Below, in pieces: positions 35,851-57,856 of a stretch of DNA of 64,000 bases. A program made the position numbers and the translations under genes. Numbering within the stretch: the stretch's first letter is position 1; the number at the start of each line of letters is the position of its first letter. Source of the stretch: the human T2T-CHM13v2.0 reference genome, Homo sapiens; NCBI RefSeq assembly GCF_009914755.1, contig NC_060934.1, one strand, 5' to 3'. The notes below the pieces were generated by a model. The model was not told the DNA's origin. It saw nothing but the letters and a program-made list of their open reading frames with translations, and ran no database searches.

Positions 35851-36538
35851 TCATTGCAGCCTCAACCTGCCAAAGTTCAAGCAATCCTCCTGCCTTAGAC
35901 CCCCGCCCCCACAAGTAGCTGGGACTACAAGCTTATACCACCATGCCAGGCTAATTTTTATGTATTTTTTGTAGAGATAGAGTTTTACCGTGTTGCCCAG
36001 GCTGGTCTCGAACCCCTGAGCTCAAGCAATCTGCCTGCCTTGGCCTCCCAAAGTGCTGAGATTACAGGCATGAGCCACCGTGCCTGGCCAAGAAAGGATA
36101 TTTTGGAGGAAACCATTACATTATAGCCTGGAGTTTCATTTTTATTTACCAAGTGATATACTAACTCTTAACAGACTAAACACACCCCTTTTGGTGATTT
36201 GCATGAAAGCTATTCAAGTTTTTATCAGTGAGAGGTTGAATGGACACCTCTAAGTATGTGTCAGGCATTAATCCATCTAATGCTTCTATTTGATAGGTCC
36301 TATTTTCCCTATTTTTACAGATGGGGGGAACGCGCTTAGCATAGTTAAATAATGTGCCCAGGATTACATAGCTACTCAACTCAGGCTGTGTGATGACAAA
36401 GTTCACACTCTTATATAAGATTTCCTTCCATTCTAAGATGTTTCCCCCACCTTATACAACTGACTACCACATACAGTGGTAATACAGATATCCCCATTAA
36501 CATCATCAGAATATGGAATAAGAAAAGACATGATTTTA

Positions 36539-36839
<301 letters not shown>

Positions 36840-37110
36840 CTAGTTCAAACAAGACAGACCAATATATATAATAACACAAGAATGTCTGCCTGGGTCACAC
36901 CAGTGTGTTGCTAAATCTATAACCATGATAATACAAAGGAAAGAAGGCTGAACTGGAAGTGAAAGACGTTTGTCTAGGCTTAGAGCCCAGACAGGGCACG
37001 TGCAACCCAGCGAAACTAGGGCAGGTCATTTGTAACTGTTCCGTGACTCAGAGCCCTCGTTTTACAAATCAATGGATTAGACTTCACCGTCCCTAACCTT
37101 ATTACTTTAA

Positions 37111-37463
<353 letters not shown>

Positions 37464-37500
37464 TGAAAAGTGGTTGCATGGGTAGGGCGTGGCTCATGCC

Positions 37501-37580
37501 GCTACTTCCCCACATGCCTAAGTTCCGGCCATAACAAATAACCTGCATACACAGGACTTCCTCTTCCCTTAGTGCACATT
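37501..37580 (+). repeat. 80-bp direct copy of 34700-34779
   Basis: 79/80 identical by manual comparison (T34716 vs C37517). Confidence 0.95.
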
Positions 37581-37973
37581 CACTTCTTGTGTCAGTTGCT
37601 AAGAGTAATCATGTAAAGAAATAGGTGTCATTTTTGATAGCTGATTCTGGAAGTTTCTAGTTTCTTCTGGAAGGTATACTGCAGACATAATAATATATGC
37701 ATAATATATCCCTAAAGTTTCTCCGTGGAAGCTTGAACCCAGGAGGCACAGGTTGCAGCAAGCCAAGATCGCGCCATTACACTCCTGCCTGGGCGACAGA
37801 GTGATCTCTTGGTTCGCTGCAACCTCCCCTCCCAGGCTCAAGCAATTCTCCTGTCTCAGCCTCCCAAGTACCTGGGATTACAGGCATGTGCCATCACGCC
37901 CGGCTAATTTGTGTATTTTTAGTAGAGACAGGTTTCACCATGTTAATTAACCAGGCTGGTCTCGAACTCCTGA

Positions 37974-38268
<295 letters not shown>

Positions 38269-38975
38269 TAGCCGGGATGGTCTCGATCTCCTTGACCTCA
38301 TGATCCACCCGCCTTGGCCTCCGAAAGTGCTGGGATTACAGGCGTGAGCCACCAAACCCAGCCATTCAGTTCTATATTTTTAAGTGACTTAATTATGTAA
38401 TCCTCACAATAAGTTATGTAGTAGATACTATTTTTTTGAGCCTGAATTTCATTGTCACCCAGGCTGGAGTGCAGTGGCTCAACTCGACTCACTGCAACAT
38501 CTGCCTCCCGTGTTCAAGTGATTCTCCTGCCTCAGCCTCCAGAGTAGCTCTGACTACAAGTGCGCACCACCACACCCAGCTAATTTTTGTATTTTTAGTA
38601 GAGACAGGGTTTCACCGTGTTGGCCAGGCTGGTCTCGAACTCCTGACCTCAAGAGATCCATCTGCCTCGGCCTCCCAAAGTGTTGGGATTACAGGCGTAA
38701 ACCACCTCGCCCTGCTGTAGATACGATTATTAAGCCCATTTTACTGATGTGAAAAATGAGGGTTAAAGAAGTCAGGTAACCTGCCTAAGCTCACACCTAA
38801 GTGCCAGAGCTAGGATTAGGAATCAGGTTCTTTAGATTAAAAGTGATTTAGCCAGGCAGGGCACGGTGGCTGACGCCTGTAATCCCAGCACTTAGGGAGG
38901 CCGAGGCAGGAGGATCACCTGAGGTCAGGAGTTCGAGGCCAGCCTGACCAACATGGAGAAACCCCATCTCTACTA

Positions 38976-39179
<204 letters not shown>

Positions 39180-39421
39180 CTAGCTTTCTCTAAGATAGGC
39201 TTCTTTATCTCCATTTTATAGCTGGAGACCAAGATATGATCCCAGGTCAAATAGCTAAGAACTCACAAAACACATTCAAACCCTCATATTTCTCTCCCAA
39301 GCCCTGTTTCCTAAAAATTATGTTGCTACTTCTCATTCTCCTTTGCCGGAACTCCTCATCCCAACCTTTAAACTTCTGAGTTCTTCGGCATTACAAGTCT
39401 AGGCTCCCTCTTTCATACTGA

Positions 39422-39850
<429 letters not shown>

Positions 39851-39967
39851 TGATTCTCCTGCCTCAGCCTCCTGAGTAGCTGGAATTACAGGCACATGCC
39901 ACCGCACTGCTAATTTTTGTATTTTTAGTAGGGATGGGTTTTCACCTTGTTGGTCAGGCTGGTCTCA

Positions 39968-40078
<111 letters not shown>

Positions 40079-40129
40079 TTACTCTCCTCTCTCTCTCTGT
40101 CATCTCTCTCTCTATCTTTCTCCCTGCCC

Positions 40130-40480
40130 CCCGCCCTTCTCTCTTCTCTGAGGAAAGAAGCTTCCATGTTGGGAGCTGTCCTTCGGAGAAGCCCACATGG
40201 CAAAGAACTGAGGGTGGCTTCTGGCCAACAACCAGTAAGGAACTCATGCCTGCCAACAGCCATGTGACTGAACTTGGAGGCCAGTTCTCTCCCAGCTGAG
40301 CCTTCAGATGGAATCACAATCTCACTGGAATTGCAACTGCCTCCTGCGAGGCCTTGAGCCGGAGCCCCTAAGCTAAGCTCTCTGGCGTACTGACCTGAAA
40401 CTGTGTGATAACATATGGCTGTTGTATCAAGGCACTAAGTTGTGGCGTAATTTGTCACACACCAATAGATTACTAGTACG
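40130..40480 (+). mobile_element. MLT1 (ERVL-MaLR) LTR, 3' part, preceded by a CT-rich tract
   Basis: cccacatggcaaagaactgaggg...gccaacagccatgtga...cccagctgagccttcagatg...gcactaagttgtggcgtaatttgtcacac. Confidence 0.8.
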
Positions 40481-40950
40481 ATGATAATCATTATTTTAAT
40501 ATTACCTATCAGCCGGGCATAGTGGCTCATGCCTATAATCCCAACACTTTGAGAGGCTGAGGCAGTAGGATTGCTTGAGCCCAGGCGTTTGAGACCAGCC
40601 TGGGCAACATAGTAAGACCCCATCTCTACAAAAAAATACAAAAATTAGCTAGGCGTGGTGGTGCACGCCTGTGGACCCAGCTTCTTGGGAGGCTGAAGTG
40701 AGAAGATTGCTTGAGCCCCGGAGGTCAAGACTGCAGTGAGCCATGATCGCGCCACTGCCCTCTGGCCTGGGCAACAGAGCAAAATCCCATCTCAAAAAAA
40801 AAAAAAGAAATTACTGTCATATACATGTACTTACATTCATATATTTTTGTAAGTATGATACATTTCACAATGAGAGTGTTTAAACAAGGAAAAAGAGGTG
40901 ATCGTGGGTATAAGCCAGAAGAAAGAAAAGAAAAGAAGTCATCATTTTAA

Positions 40951-41460
<510 letters not shown>

Positions 41461-41687
41461 TGAGAATAAGTAATAGCAATAGCAAAAGGATGTTTTTGTC
41501 TACCCTAAAGAGTTGATTTGAATAAATCCCATCTTCTCGCCCTTCTGGGTCTGAATAGTTGGTCATGTATACCCTACTCTTAAAACTCTAGTAAGCCGGG
41601 TGCGGTGGCTCATGCCTGTAATCCCAGCACTTTGGGAGGCTGAGGCGGGCGGATCATGAGGTCAGGAGATCGAGACCATCCCGGCTA

Positions 41688-41876
<189 letters not shown>

Positions 41877-42116
41877 TCAAAAAAAAAAAAAAAAAACTCT
41901 AATTAAAGTGGGCAGGGGTAAGGAAAGCAAGTGAAATTAGTCCTCTGTTGTGATAAATAAATTCTGAGTTACATATCAAATTCAATAATACATGTACATG
42001 CCCCATCATCAAGATCATTTGAGAATTTCCATTAACAAAAAGTTGTTGGTAGAAAATATGGTATGTGGCTGGGCGTGGTGGCTCACACCTGTAATCCCAG
42101 TACTTTGGGAGGCCTA

Positions 42117-42383
<267 letters not shown>

Positions 42384-42610
42384 CTAGATGGGTGTGGTGG
42401 CTGGCAGGTGCCTGTAGTCCCAGCTACTCAGGAGGCTGAGGTGGAAGAATCACTTGAGCTCAGGAGGTCAAGGCTACAGTGAGCCATGATCACACCACTG
42501 CACTCCAACCTGGGTGACGGAGTGAGACCTGTCTCATAAATAAATAAATAAATGTGTTATTTTATTTTATTTATTTATTTATTTATTGAGACAGAGTTTC
42601 ACTCTTGTAG

Positions 42611-42796
<186 letters not shown>

Positions 42797-43042
42797 TGAC
42801 TTCAGGTGATCCACCCACCTTGGCCTCCCAAAGTGCTGGGATTACAGGCGTGAGCCACCACACCCAGCCGTTAATTTAAAAAAGTGTAAATTCTAGCATG
42901 CTCAGTGCTTTAAAAAATAAACCAAAGAGTCCAAGCAAGCACCCTTCTTCAAAAATAAAATAGTCCTGTGTCTAGCCTAGTGAACTGACCATTCGCATAT
43001 TTGAACACTCTTATTAATGAGAAAAAATAAGCCAATACCTAG

Positions 43043-43339
<297 letters not shown>

Positions 43340-43370
43340 TAGCTGGGATTACAGGCACATGCCAGCATGA

Positions 43371-43695
<325 letters not shown>

Positions 43696-44029
43696 TAATT
43701 TTTGTATTTTTTTGTAGACACAAGGTTTCTCCATGTTGCTTAGGCTGGTCTGGAACTCCTGAGTTCAAGCGGTCCACCTGCCTTGGCCTCCCAAAGTGTT
43801 GAGATTACAGGCGTGAACCATCATGCGTAGCCTCATATTCCTATTCTTACATCCAGTCATTGCTAATTGTCTTGCACCCTGACATACACATTTGCTCACC
43901 AGGCCTCATCCATGTTCAAGATCATTAAATCCCAGGAATCATGCCAAGGGCCACTATGGTGAATAAGACCTTGTTATAATAATAGTTAATATGCCTTAAG
44001 TACTTACAATATGCCAGGGACTGTTGTAA

Positions 44030-44321
<292 letters not shown>

Positions 44322-44860
44322 TAGTATGGAACTCCTGACCTCAGGTGATCTGCCCACCTCGGCCTCTTAAAGTGCTGGGATTACAGGCATGAGCCACCGT
44401 GCCTGGCCACAATCCCATTTTTGAGGCTTAAAGAGTTTAAATAACTTCCCAAGACCCCACAGCTGTAAGTGCTAGCATCAGTACTTGAATACAGACAGTC
44501 GGGCACTGACACCCATACGTTCATTGGACAAATATTTACAATGCACCTATTTTGTGGCAATCGCTATTCTAGGCACTTGGTTTTTCAGTGATCATCTATG
44601 CACAGTGCTCAGTTCATCCAGGCACTAGGCTCATAAGCTCATCAGTGAGCAAGACCTACAGAGATCTTTACCCTCATGGAGTTTACTCATTAGTCAGGGG
44701 AGATAGACAAACAATGATAAGCAGATTATGTAGTATATTAGGAAATAAGTGTGATAATAAAAATAAGAAGTACAGCAGAGGCTGAGTACAGTGGCTCATG
44801 CCTGTAATCCTAGCACTTTGGGAGGCCGAGGTAGGTGGATTGACTGAGCTCAGGAGTTCA

Positions 44861-45116
<256 letters not shown>

Positions 45117-45376
45117 TTAAAAAAGTACAGCAGAATCAGGGGACCAGGAGTATAAGGGGTGAGGCAGCTAGTTGCAATTTTAGGAACAGCAGGTAGACCT
45201 GGCTGAGAAGATAACATTTATTTCTTTTTTCTAATTTTGGTTATAATTTTAAAAATAATTTTAAAATGCTGAAAAGCACAGTAAATAAAATAAATACGCA
45301 TGTTCTCTCTACCTACAATGTGAAAAATGCTAACATTTTGCTATATTTGGTTCAAAATATTCTAAAGAAACTAAAG

Positions 45377-45681
<305 letters not shown>

Positions 45682-46628
45682 TAATTTTCATATTTTCAGT
45701 AGAGACGAGGTTTTGCCATGTTGGCCGGGGTGCTCTTGAACTCCTGGACTCAGGTGATCCTCCCGCCTTGGCCTCCCGAAGTGTTGGAATTACAGGTGTG
45801 AGCCATAGCGCTCTTTTCTCTCTCTCTTTTTATTTTTATCCCTAGTCCTGCAGTCCTTCTCTTGTCTGACCACTTGACTTCCCAACTGTTACCAATGCAT
45901 TCATCAGACAGAGATGTATTAATGGCTTATTATGTGCTTAGACTGCAATACCAGAGTCATTTCCTAGAAGGAAGGAATGGTTTTAACATCTGTGCTTCAT
46001 CACATTCAATCCTGAAATACTTAATTTTGTGCAGTAGAAGATTAAAAGAAACTATTTGTAATAGCACTAATATAAGACCTTGACTTCAGTTATGGTAAGT
46101 AATAGAGAAAGACCATTTCGATGGATTTTGAAATCTTTACATTCTTTTCTGAATCCCAGACCCAAAAACCCATCTCTGTTGAATGGAGCAAGCAAATTAA
46201 ATGGAGTGTAAAATGAAACTGTGATACTGTGTATGTCAGCGGAAACTGATGGGTCTTACGAGTTCAAGATTTGCAAGTCTAAACACTTGAAAAGTATGGC
46301 CACCTTAATTGTTTTGTGATTTAGCTCCTAATCCTCCTCAAGCAGTATTTATGCAAAAGCATTGCCAGCAGCAGTCGGGAGTTCTTAATTTTCATCCTGT
46401 TTTGCTTTATCCTAAAGTACGAGTGAACTCATGTAAGAAAGAGGTTTCTCATCCAGGCGCGGTGGCTCATGCCTGTAATCCCAGCATTTTGGGAGGCCGA
46501 GGCAGGCATATGACTTGAGCCCAGGAGTTCAAGACCAGTCGTGAGCAACATGGTGAAACCCCGTCTCTACAAAAAGTACAAAAATGAGCCTGGTGTGGTG
46601 GCATGCACCTGTTTTACCAGCTACTCGG

Positions 46629-47042
46629 TGTACGGTTAGCTGAAAGACAGGACGAGAGAGACCCAAGGTCAGGCGAGTAATTTTATTAACCTGCCAGGCT
46701 GCTCCATCACAGTCAGAGGATGCAGCCCTGAGCTTACAAAATGAGGGGTGTGTATGGGGGAGACAGACCCTAGGGTTGTTTGTTGGTTAACTTTACCAAT
46801 ATCATCTCATGAATGGCTTACAATACATTATCTTGTGAAAATAGGAATTTACAAGAGGGTGTAATTTAGGTTTATCTATGTTTCTTATGACCTCCCCCAT
46901 GCTGCCCACAGGGCTGTAATAGCAAGTCTGGTGACCTTGCTGTGGTGCCTAGATAAGGTTTCTGGAATGCAGCTGCAGAGTATTCAGGGTAAGGGCCAGC
47001 TGCATTGAGGTGGGGGGTTCCTGGGGCAGCTTGTCCCTAACA
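46629..47042 (-). mobile_element. Solo ERV LTR (414 bp, probably ERVL class; subfamily uncertain) inserted into an Alu
   Basis: TG...CA termini, 5-bp TSD ctcgg/ctcag, and AATAAA on the minus strand (tttatt 46682-46687). It splits the Alu motif agctactc^ggaggctgagg. Confidence 0.8.
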
Positions 47043-47559
47043 CTCAGAAGGCTGAGGTGGGAGGATCACTTTAGCCCGAGAGGTCGAGGCTGCAGTGATC
47101 ACGCCACTGCACTTCAGCCTGGGTGAAAGAGCAAGACCCTATCTCAAAAAAAAAAAAAAAAAAAAAAAAAAAAGGAAGCAGCTCATTATTTATTGAATTG
47201 GAACAATTCCTAAGATATATATATGTGTGTGTGTTTGTGTGTATGGCAGTAATATATATATATATATATTTTTTTTTTGAGACAAGGTCTTGCTCTGTCT
47301 CCCAGGCTGGAGTTCAATAGTGTGATCATGGCTCATTGCAGCCTGGACCTCCCCGGCTCAACCGATCCTCCCACCTCAGCCTCTTGAATAGCTGAGACTA
47401 CAGGTGTGTGCCACCACACCCTGCTAATTTATTTTTATTTTCTATAGAGATGAGGTCTCCCTATGTTGCCCAGGCTGATCTCGAACTCCTGGCCTCAAGT
47501 GATCCTCCCAGCTCAGCCTCCCAAAGTGTTGGGATTATAGATGTGACCCGTTGTACCCA

Positions 47560-48250
47560 GCCATGCTTTGTTCTGTTTTACAACTATATAGTATTCCATT
47601 GTATAGGACTTTTACGTAATCCCCTATTTTTGGATATTTAGGTGCTCACAATCTTTTCTTTTTTTTTTTTTTTTTTTGAGCGGAGTCTAGCACTGTCGCC
47701 CAGGCTGGAGTACAGCGGCACGATCTCGGCTCACTGCAAGCTCCACCTCCCGGGTTTACGCCATTCTCCTGCCTCAGCTTCCTGAGTAGCTGGGACTACA
47801 GGCGCCAACCACCACGCCCGGCTAATTTTTTTGTATTTTTTTAGTAGAGACGTGGTTTCACCATGTTAGCCAAGATGGTCTCAATCTCCTGACCTCGTGA
47901 TCCGCCCGCCTCGGCCTCCCAAAGTGCTGAGATTACAGGCATGAGCCACCACGCCGGGCCTCACAATCTTTTCTTTCAATTATAGACAACGCTACAATGA
48001 ATATGTACAAAATTGTGTGTGAATGTGTACATGAAAGTCTGTTCTTTGTATGAATTCCCAAAGGTGGAACTGCTGGGTCAAACAGAATGTATTTTATTAA
48101 TTTTGTAAGATATTCACAGTCTGCCCTCTGTATAGTTCGTACCACTTTACATTTTTACCAACAATGTATGAGAGTACCTATTGCCCATACCTTTACCAAC
48201 ACAGCATGCTATCAAACTTTTAGAAACATTTTGAACTCTGCCAATCTACA
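47560..48250 (-). mobile_element. Old L1M fragment interrupted by an AluY (~47654-47960)
   Basis: gtattccattgtat...aacgctacaatgaatat...ggaactgctgggtca...ccactttacattttaccaacaatgtatgagagtacc; Alu TSD ctcacaatcttttcttt. Confidence 0.7.
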
Positions 48251-48784
48251 TCAAGTATTCTCACCTGAGGTCCACAGGCCTCAAGAAGGGGTTTCTCTCC
48301 CTGTAGTACCAAAGTCCACCTTCCATACAAAATCTCAGTTTCAAGCATCCCACTATCTGACCACCAGTTCACTCATTCTAGTGTCTGCACTTCAACTCTT
48401 TGCCTCTTGTTACCCTCAATCCACTGGTCCTATCAATTTTTCAGTGTCAACCTCCCTTTTGCTTGTCCCGTTACCCAGCCTAGTTTCTATGGCTCAATGC
48501 TGTGAACACTCCCTTGCCTAATGTCTTCATCAAACCTGCTAAGCAAAACCCCATACTTGGGTAAATTCATCTCCATTCTGCCCTGTACCTGCAAAGGGAG
48601 CTGAATATATCTGGAGAAAAACTCGCAACCATTCTGACTGGTCTTGAAGCCTCAGTGGGCTGTTGGCAACCCCCAAATCATGACTGTTCCCGATAAGTCC
48701 TCTTTCTCAGCCCATTGTCTCAAAATTTTTTCTTCCCTTTCAAACCTCCTCCCATATCTCCTCACTCCCTCTTTCAGCTGCTGA

Positions 48785-49215
<431 letters not shown>

Positions 49216-49917
49216 TGACTAAGATTATCTTTTCGTTCGTGGATCAACTTGAGGGACATTGATCCTGTAATTAACCCCTCCTTTCTACTCAAAGCTCTTT
49301 AGATTATCCAGTTATCCCATATCTACTCTTCACTGCCATCTCCTTGGTGTGCTCTTGTCTTTGTGCATTTGCCTAACTCCTCATGCCTCAAGATTCTGTT
49401 CTAATTTCCCTTCCACTTGCAGGTTCCCCTAACACACTCAGATCTCAGAAATTTTCTTTTCCCACAGCCCCACCCGTCCAAAGAGCTAGGTTCCCACAGG
49501 TTCACAACAAAGGAATAAAAAAGACAAGTCCGGCCAGGCGCGGTGGCTCACGCCTGTAATCCTAGCACTTTGGAAGCCTGAGGCAGGCTGATCACTTGAG
49601 GTCAGAAGCTCAAGACCAGCCTGGCCACCATGGTGAAAACCCTTATCTACTAAAAATACAAAAAAATTAGCCAGGGCTGGGCACGATGGCTCACGCCTGT
49701 AATCCCAGTACTTTGGGAGGCCGAGGTGGGTGGATCACCCAAGGTCAGGAGTTTGAGACCGTCCTGACCAACATGGAGAAACCCTGTCTCTACTAAAAAT
49801 ACAAAAATTTGCTGGGCATGGATGGCCGGGTGCAGTGGCTCACGTCTGTAATCCCAGCACTTTGGGAGGCCGAGGTGGGCGGATCACGAGGTCAGGAGAT
49901 CGAGACCATCCTGGCTA

Positions 49918-50273
<356 letters not shown>

Positions 50274-50276
50274 TCA

Positions 50277-50567
<291 letters not shown>

Positions 50568-51048
50568 CTACAGTAGCTGTGCTGGATGACGCTCCTGTGC
50601 TTGCAGGGGGCACTTACATGTGCCTACATTATATAATCTATCATCCTGTGTGCTGAGTTCTATCTACAGCTAGACTGGGAACTAAGGGCAGAAACTGTGC
50701 CTTATTAATCTTTGTAACCCAGCAGAGTGCTTTATGAGTGTACTGGTTGAATGAGTAAGAAGGAGGATGTCTTGGGCTTGTATGTATAATATTCCTAGGA
50801 GTTTGGGGTATAGCTGCACAGCTTACTGGAACGAAGGATGACTAACCAGGTAAGGATGCAGACTCTCTCTCCTACCATACTGGCAAAGTTAAAAGTAAGC
50901 CACAGAAAAAAAATCATTTGGGAAACTCACTCAGAGACAGACCAACTAATCGTTCATGTCCAGTTTCTTTTGACTCTTATCCCTTTCTTCCCTGCTCCCT
51001 TTACCCTATTTCCTTCTTTCTCTCTTAATGTTTTTTGTTTGTTTGTGA

Positions 51049-51264
<216 letters not shown>

Positions 51265-51394
51265 TGATCCGCCCTCCTTGGCCTCCCAGAGGGCCTCCCA
51301 GAGTGTTGGGATTACAGGCATGAGCCACTGCAGCCTGTTTTGTTTTTTTTTTTTTTGTTCGTTTGTTTGTTTGTTTTTGTTCTGTTTTTTTTGA

Positions 51395-51553
<159 letters not shown>

Positions 51554-51989
51554 TAGTAGAGACGAGGTTTCTCCACGTTGGTAAGACTGGTCTCGAACCC
51601 CCGACCTCAGGTGATCCGCCCGCCTCGGCCTCCCAAAGTGCTGGGATTACAGGCGTGAGCCACCGCGCCCGACCTAATTTTTGTATTTTTAGTAGAGATG
51701 GGTTTTCGCCATGTTGGACAGGTTGGTCTCAAACTCCTGACCTCAGATGATCCTCCCGCTGTGGCCCCCCAAAGTGTTAGGATTACAGGCGTGAGCCACC
51801 GCGCCCGGCCTCTGTTAATGTTTCTTAAGGAAACAAAAAAATTAGGGGTATTGATTTTGTAGCTGCGCTAAGTAACCTTTGCTTTTTGCGTCCCTTGGTC
51901 TCAGTCCTAGCCATTTCCTATCCACCCTGTGGCTAATTTGTCCTTTCTGTAACAGACACCCTAGACTGTGTCTATGCGGTTGGGCAGAG

Positions 51990-52695
<706 letters not shown>

Positions 52696-52702
52696 TAACT
52701 GA

Positions 52703-53032
<330 letters not shown>

Positions 53033-53505
53033 TAGTAGAGATGGGGTCCCACCATGTTGCCCAGGCTGGTCTTGAACTCTTGAGCTCAAGCTGATCCTGC
53101 CGCCTTGGCCTCCCAATGTGTTGGGATTACAGGCTGAGCCACTGCACCCAGCCTAGAAAACCAGCTCTTTAATGAGGCGGAGCTGTGGGAGAAGTAAAGT
53201 TTTAAGGTCTCCCAAGGATACATTTCCAGGACCATCTCTGAGGCTTCTTTTATGTGAGCAGGTGGGGGGGTCCAAGACTGCATTGCTTGGGAGAAGTGGG
53301 CAGTTAGTTCCAGTCTTGGAAGACAGCATGATATTTATTATGTATTTGTCTCCTTGTAGCTAGTCTGTTACTTTAATTTCAGAGTTTAACTCTTAACTCT
53401 GCTGAATTTGGAACTATGTGCTGGTGGGGTTTCTTTCTTTTCCTTTTAGCCACTCTATTGACACCTTGATATGTGCTGGTGGTTTTAATGAATTAACAGT
53501 CATGA

Positions 53506-54036
<531 letters not shown>

Positions 54037-54444
54037 TGAAGTGATCCACTGGCCTTGGCCTCCTAAAGTGCTGGGATTACAGGCATGAGCCACCGTGCCT
54101 GGCCAAGAGGGAACCTCCTTTTTGCAGAGCCGAATTCCCCTTCCTGTCTACTTGCTCATTAGGGAGCTCCAACTTGACCTCATCTTTCTTCTTGGGCCTT
54201 CCTGAAAGTGACAAGATACAATGAACATACGCTCCTGAGCTACAGGCTTCAAGGGCATGTAGTCTGCCTCAGTCCTGTCCTACAGGACAAAAACCAAATG
54301 TTTTGTCCTGTAGCATAACACTGCCCATCAGCTTTCTAGGTGGAAATACCTGTGTCCTTGGTACCCATTGCCTGGCTGCTAATCCAATGCCATATATATT
54401 TTTAGGCTCTGTTAGGGCAGCAACCCACCTCTGGTACCAAATTC

Positions 54445-54705
54445 TGTATTAGATTGGAAGAGTTCAGGTGCTGTGATATACAAAGAGAAGGGATATCTTC
54501 TTTCCTTCCCCTTACGGTCATGACCCAGAAGTTGCATACATTGCTGCTACGTTCCCATTGTCCAAAACTTAGTCACATGGCCACCAGGTTATGGGGAAGG
54601 CTGGGAGGTGGCTCTTTGTTCTGGGTGGCCATATACTGGGCTCTCTATTACTATCAAAGAGAGGGTTCAGAATGGAAGTTAGGAATCGTAGCAGTCTCTG
54701 CCACA
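54445..54705 (-). mobile_element. MLT1-type LTR with adjacent MaLR internal junction
   Basis: The reverse complement starts TGTGGCAGAGACTGCT; contains cccattgtccaaaacttagtcacatggcc; junction ctggtaccaaattctgtattag. Confidence 0.6.
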
Positions 54706-55563
54706 GAGGTATAGTAATCTGAGATGAGCAATCCACCTTTATCTTTTTCACCTCATATTTCACATCAAATCTTTTTAGTTTTTATTTTTTAAATTTTATT
54801 TATTAGGCCGGGCGCGGTGGCTCATGCCTGTAATCCCTGCACTTTGGGAGGCCGAGGTGGGCGGATCACCAGGTCAGGAGTTCAAAACTAGCCTGGCCAA
54901 CATGGTGAAACCTCGTCTCTAGCAAAAATACAAAAATTAGCTGGGTGTGGTGCAGACGTGGGGCCAGGCGCAGTGACTCACGCCTGTAATCCCCGCACTT
55001 TGGGAGGCCGAGACAGACAGATCACTTGAGACAGGGTCTTGCCATGTTGCCCAGGCTGGTCTCGAACTCCTGTCCTCAGGTGAAATGCTTGCCTCGGCCC
55101 CCTAAAGTGTTGGGATTATAGGCGCGAGCCACCGTGTCCAGCCCCAAATAATTTATACTTCCTAAGGAATGAAAAGAGGGTTCTATATACGCAATTTATT
55201 TGTGACATATAGTACATTTGCATTTTGTATGTGCAAACGTAACATTAATTATCAAGTATCTTTATATGTTAGGCAACATATTAAACTATTACCGTGTTTT
55301 ATTTTTATTTTTTGAGATGAGATCTTTCTATGTCACCTAGTCTGGAGTGCAGTGGTGCAGTCACAGCTCACTTCAGCGTGCGCCGGGTTCACTGGCCTTC
55401 TTTCTTCATATGTTTATCTTGGCTAAAATAAATGTCTACATAGGATGACCACATCATTCACTAAGACTTCCCTTGTATTAAGGCTTTAAAGAGATATTGA
55501 GCCTGGGTGTGGTGGCTCATGCCTGTAATCCCAGCACTTTGGGAGGCCGAGCTGGGAAGATCA

Positions 55564-55827
<264 letters not shown>

Positions 55828-55984
55828 CTAGTAACCTTTTGGATGGCAGTGGTTTCACTAGTTACAATTTGACCCATGATGAGTGTTCTTTGTAACTAGG
55901 TATTTGTAACAGCTTGTACTTTCACCTCTGTAAACCTTGATTTCCAAGGAAACTTGAATTTATTTATCAACAATGCCAATTTAA

Positions 55985-56152
<168 letters not shown>

Positions 56153-56342
56153 TAGCTAGGACTACAGGCATGTACCACCACACCTGGCTAATTTTGTATT
56201 TTTAGTAGAGACAGGGTTTCTCTGTGTTGGTCAGGCTGGTCTCGAACTCCCGACCTCAGGTGATCCACCCACCTCGGCCTCCCAAAGTGCTGGGATTACA
56301 GGCATGAGCCACCGTGCCTGACCTGTTTATTTGTTTTTTTGA

Positions 56343-56444
<102 letters not shown>

Positions 56445-56560
56445 TGATTAGCTGAGATTACAGGCATATGCCACCCCGCCCAGCTAATTTTTATATTTTT
56501 AGTAGAGACGTGGTTTCACCATATTGGCCAGGGTGGTATCGAACTCCTGACCTCAAGTGA

Positions 56561-56895
<335 letters not shown>

Positions 56896-57426
56896 TGAAG
56901 GCTGCAGTCTCTGGCTAGCTTTTTTCTCATAAGCTATCTCTCAATTCCGAGTTTCAAAATCTGGAAAAGCTCAGTCTGGCCCAGCTTGACTCAGCCTCTC
57001 CAGCAGCAAGGCAGACTGGAGTAATGCGTGCATCCCCACCAGGCCCCACAGCTTGGCATGGGAGGGTGCAAAGTGAGGGAGAAGAAGCTGCTTCAGCTCT
57101 TGTACTCTAAGTTTGAGGGCTCTGAAAAGCTTTTATCATGAAGCATGACTCTTGATCTCAGGACTTCATTCAAATAATAACAAATATTTCTTGAGCGTCT
57201 ACCATGTGTTAGTCTTCTGAGACAGAAGCATGCCTCTGATATTCTCCTTTATTTTTAAGAGGAGTGCAGGCGTGTATCTGCTGTTGTTTTCTCTATTCTC
57301 TCTGGCTTCGTTACGGACTTAAACATCAAATCTAATTCCTGTGACCTTTTGCAGATATTATGAACAGTAAACTGTTTGGGCGGTATTACGCCTAACGTAA
57401 AGGTATTCATTTTTCTCTTACAGTAA

Positions 57427-57856
<430 letters not shown>

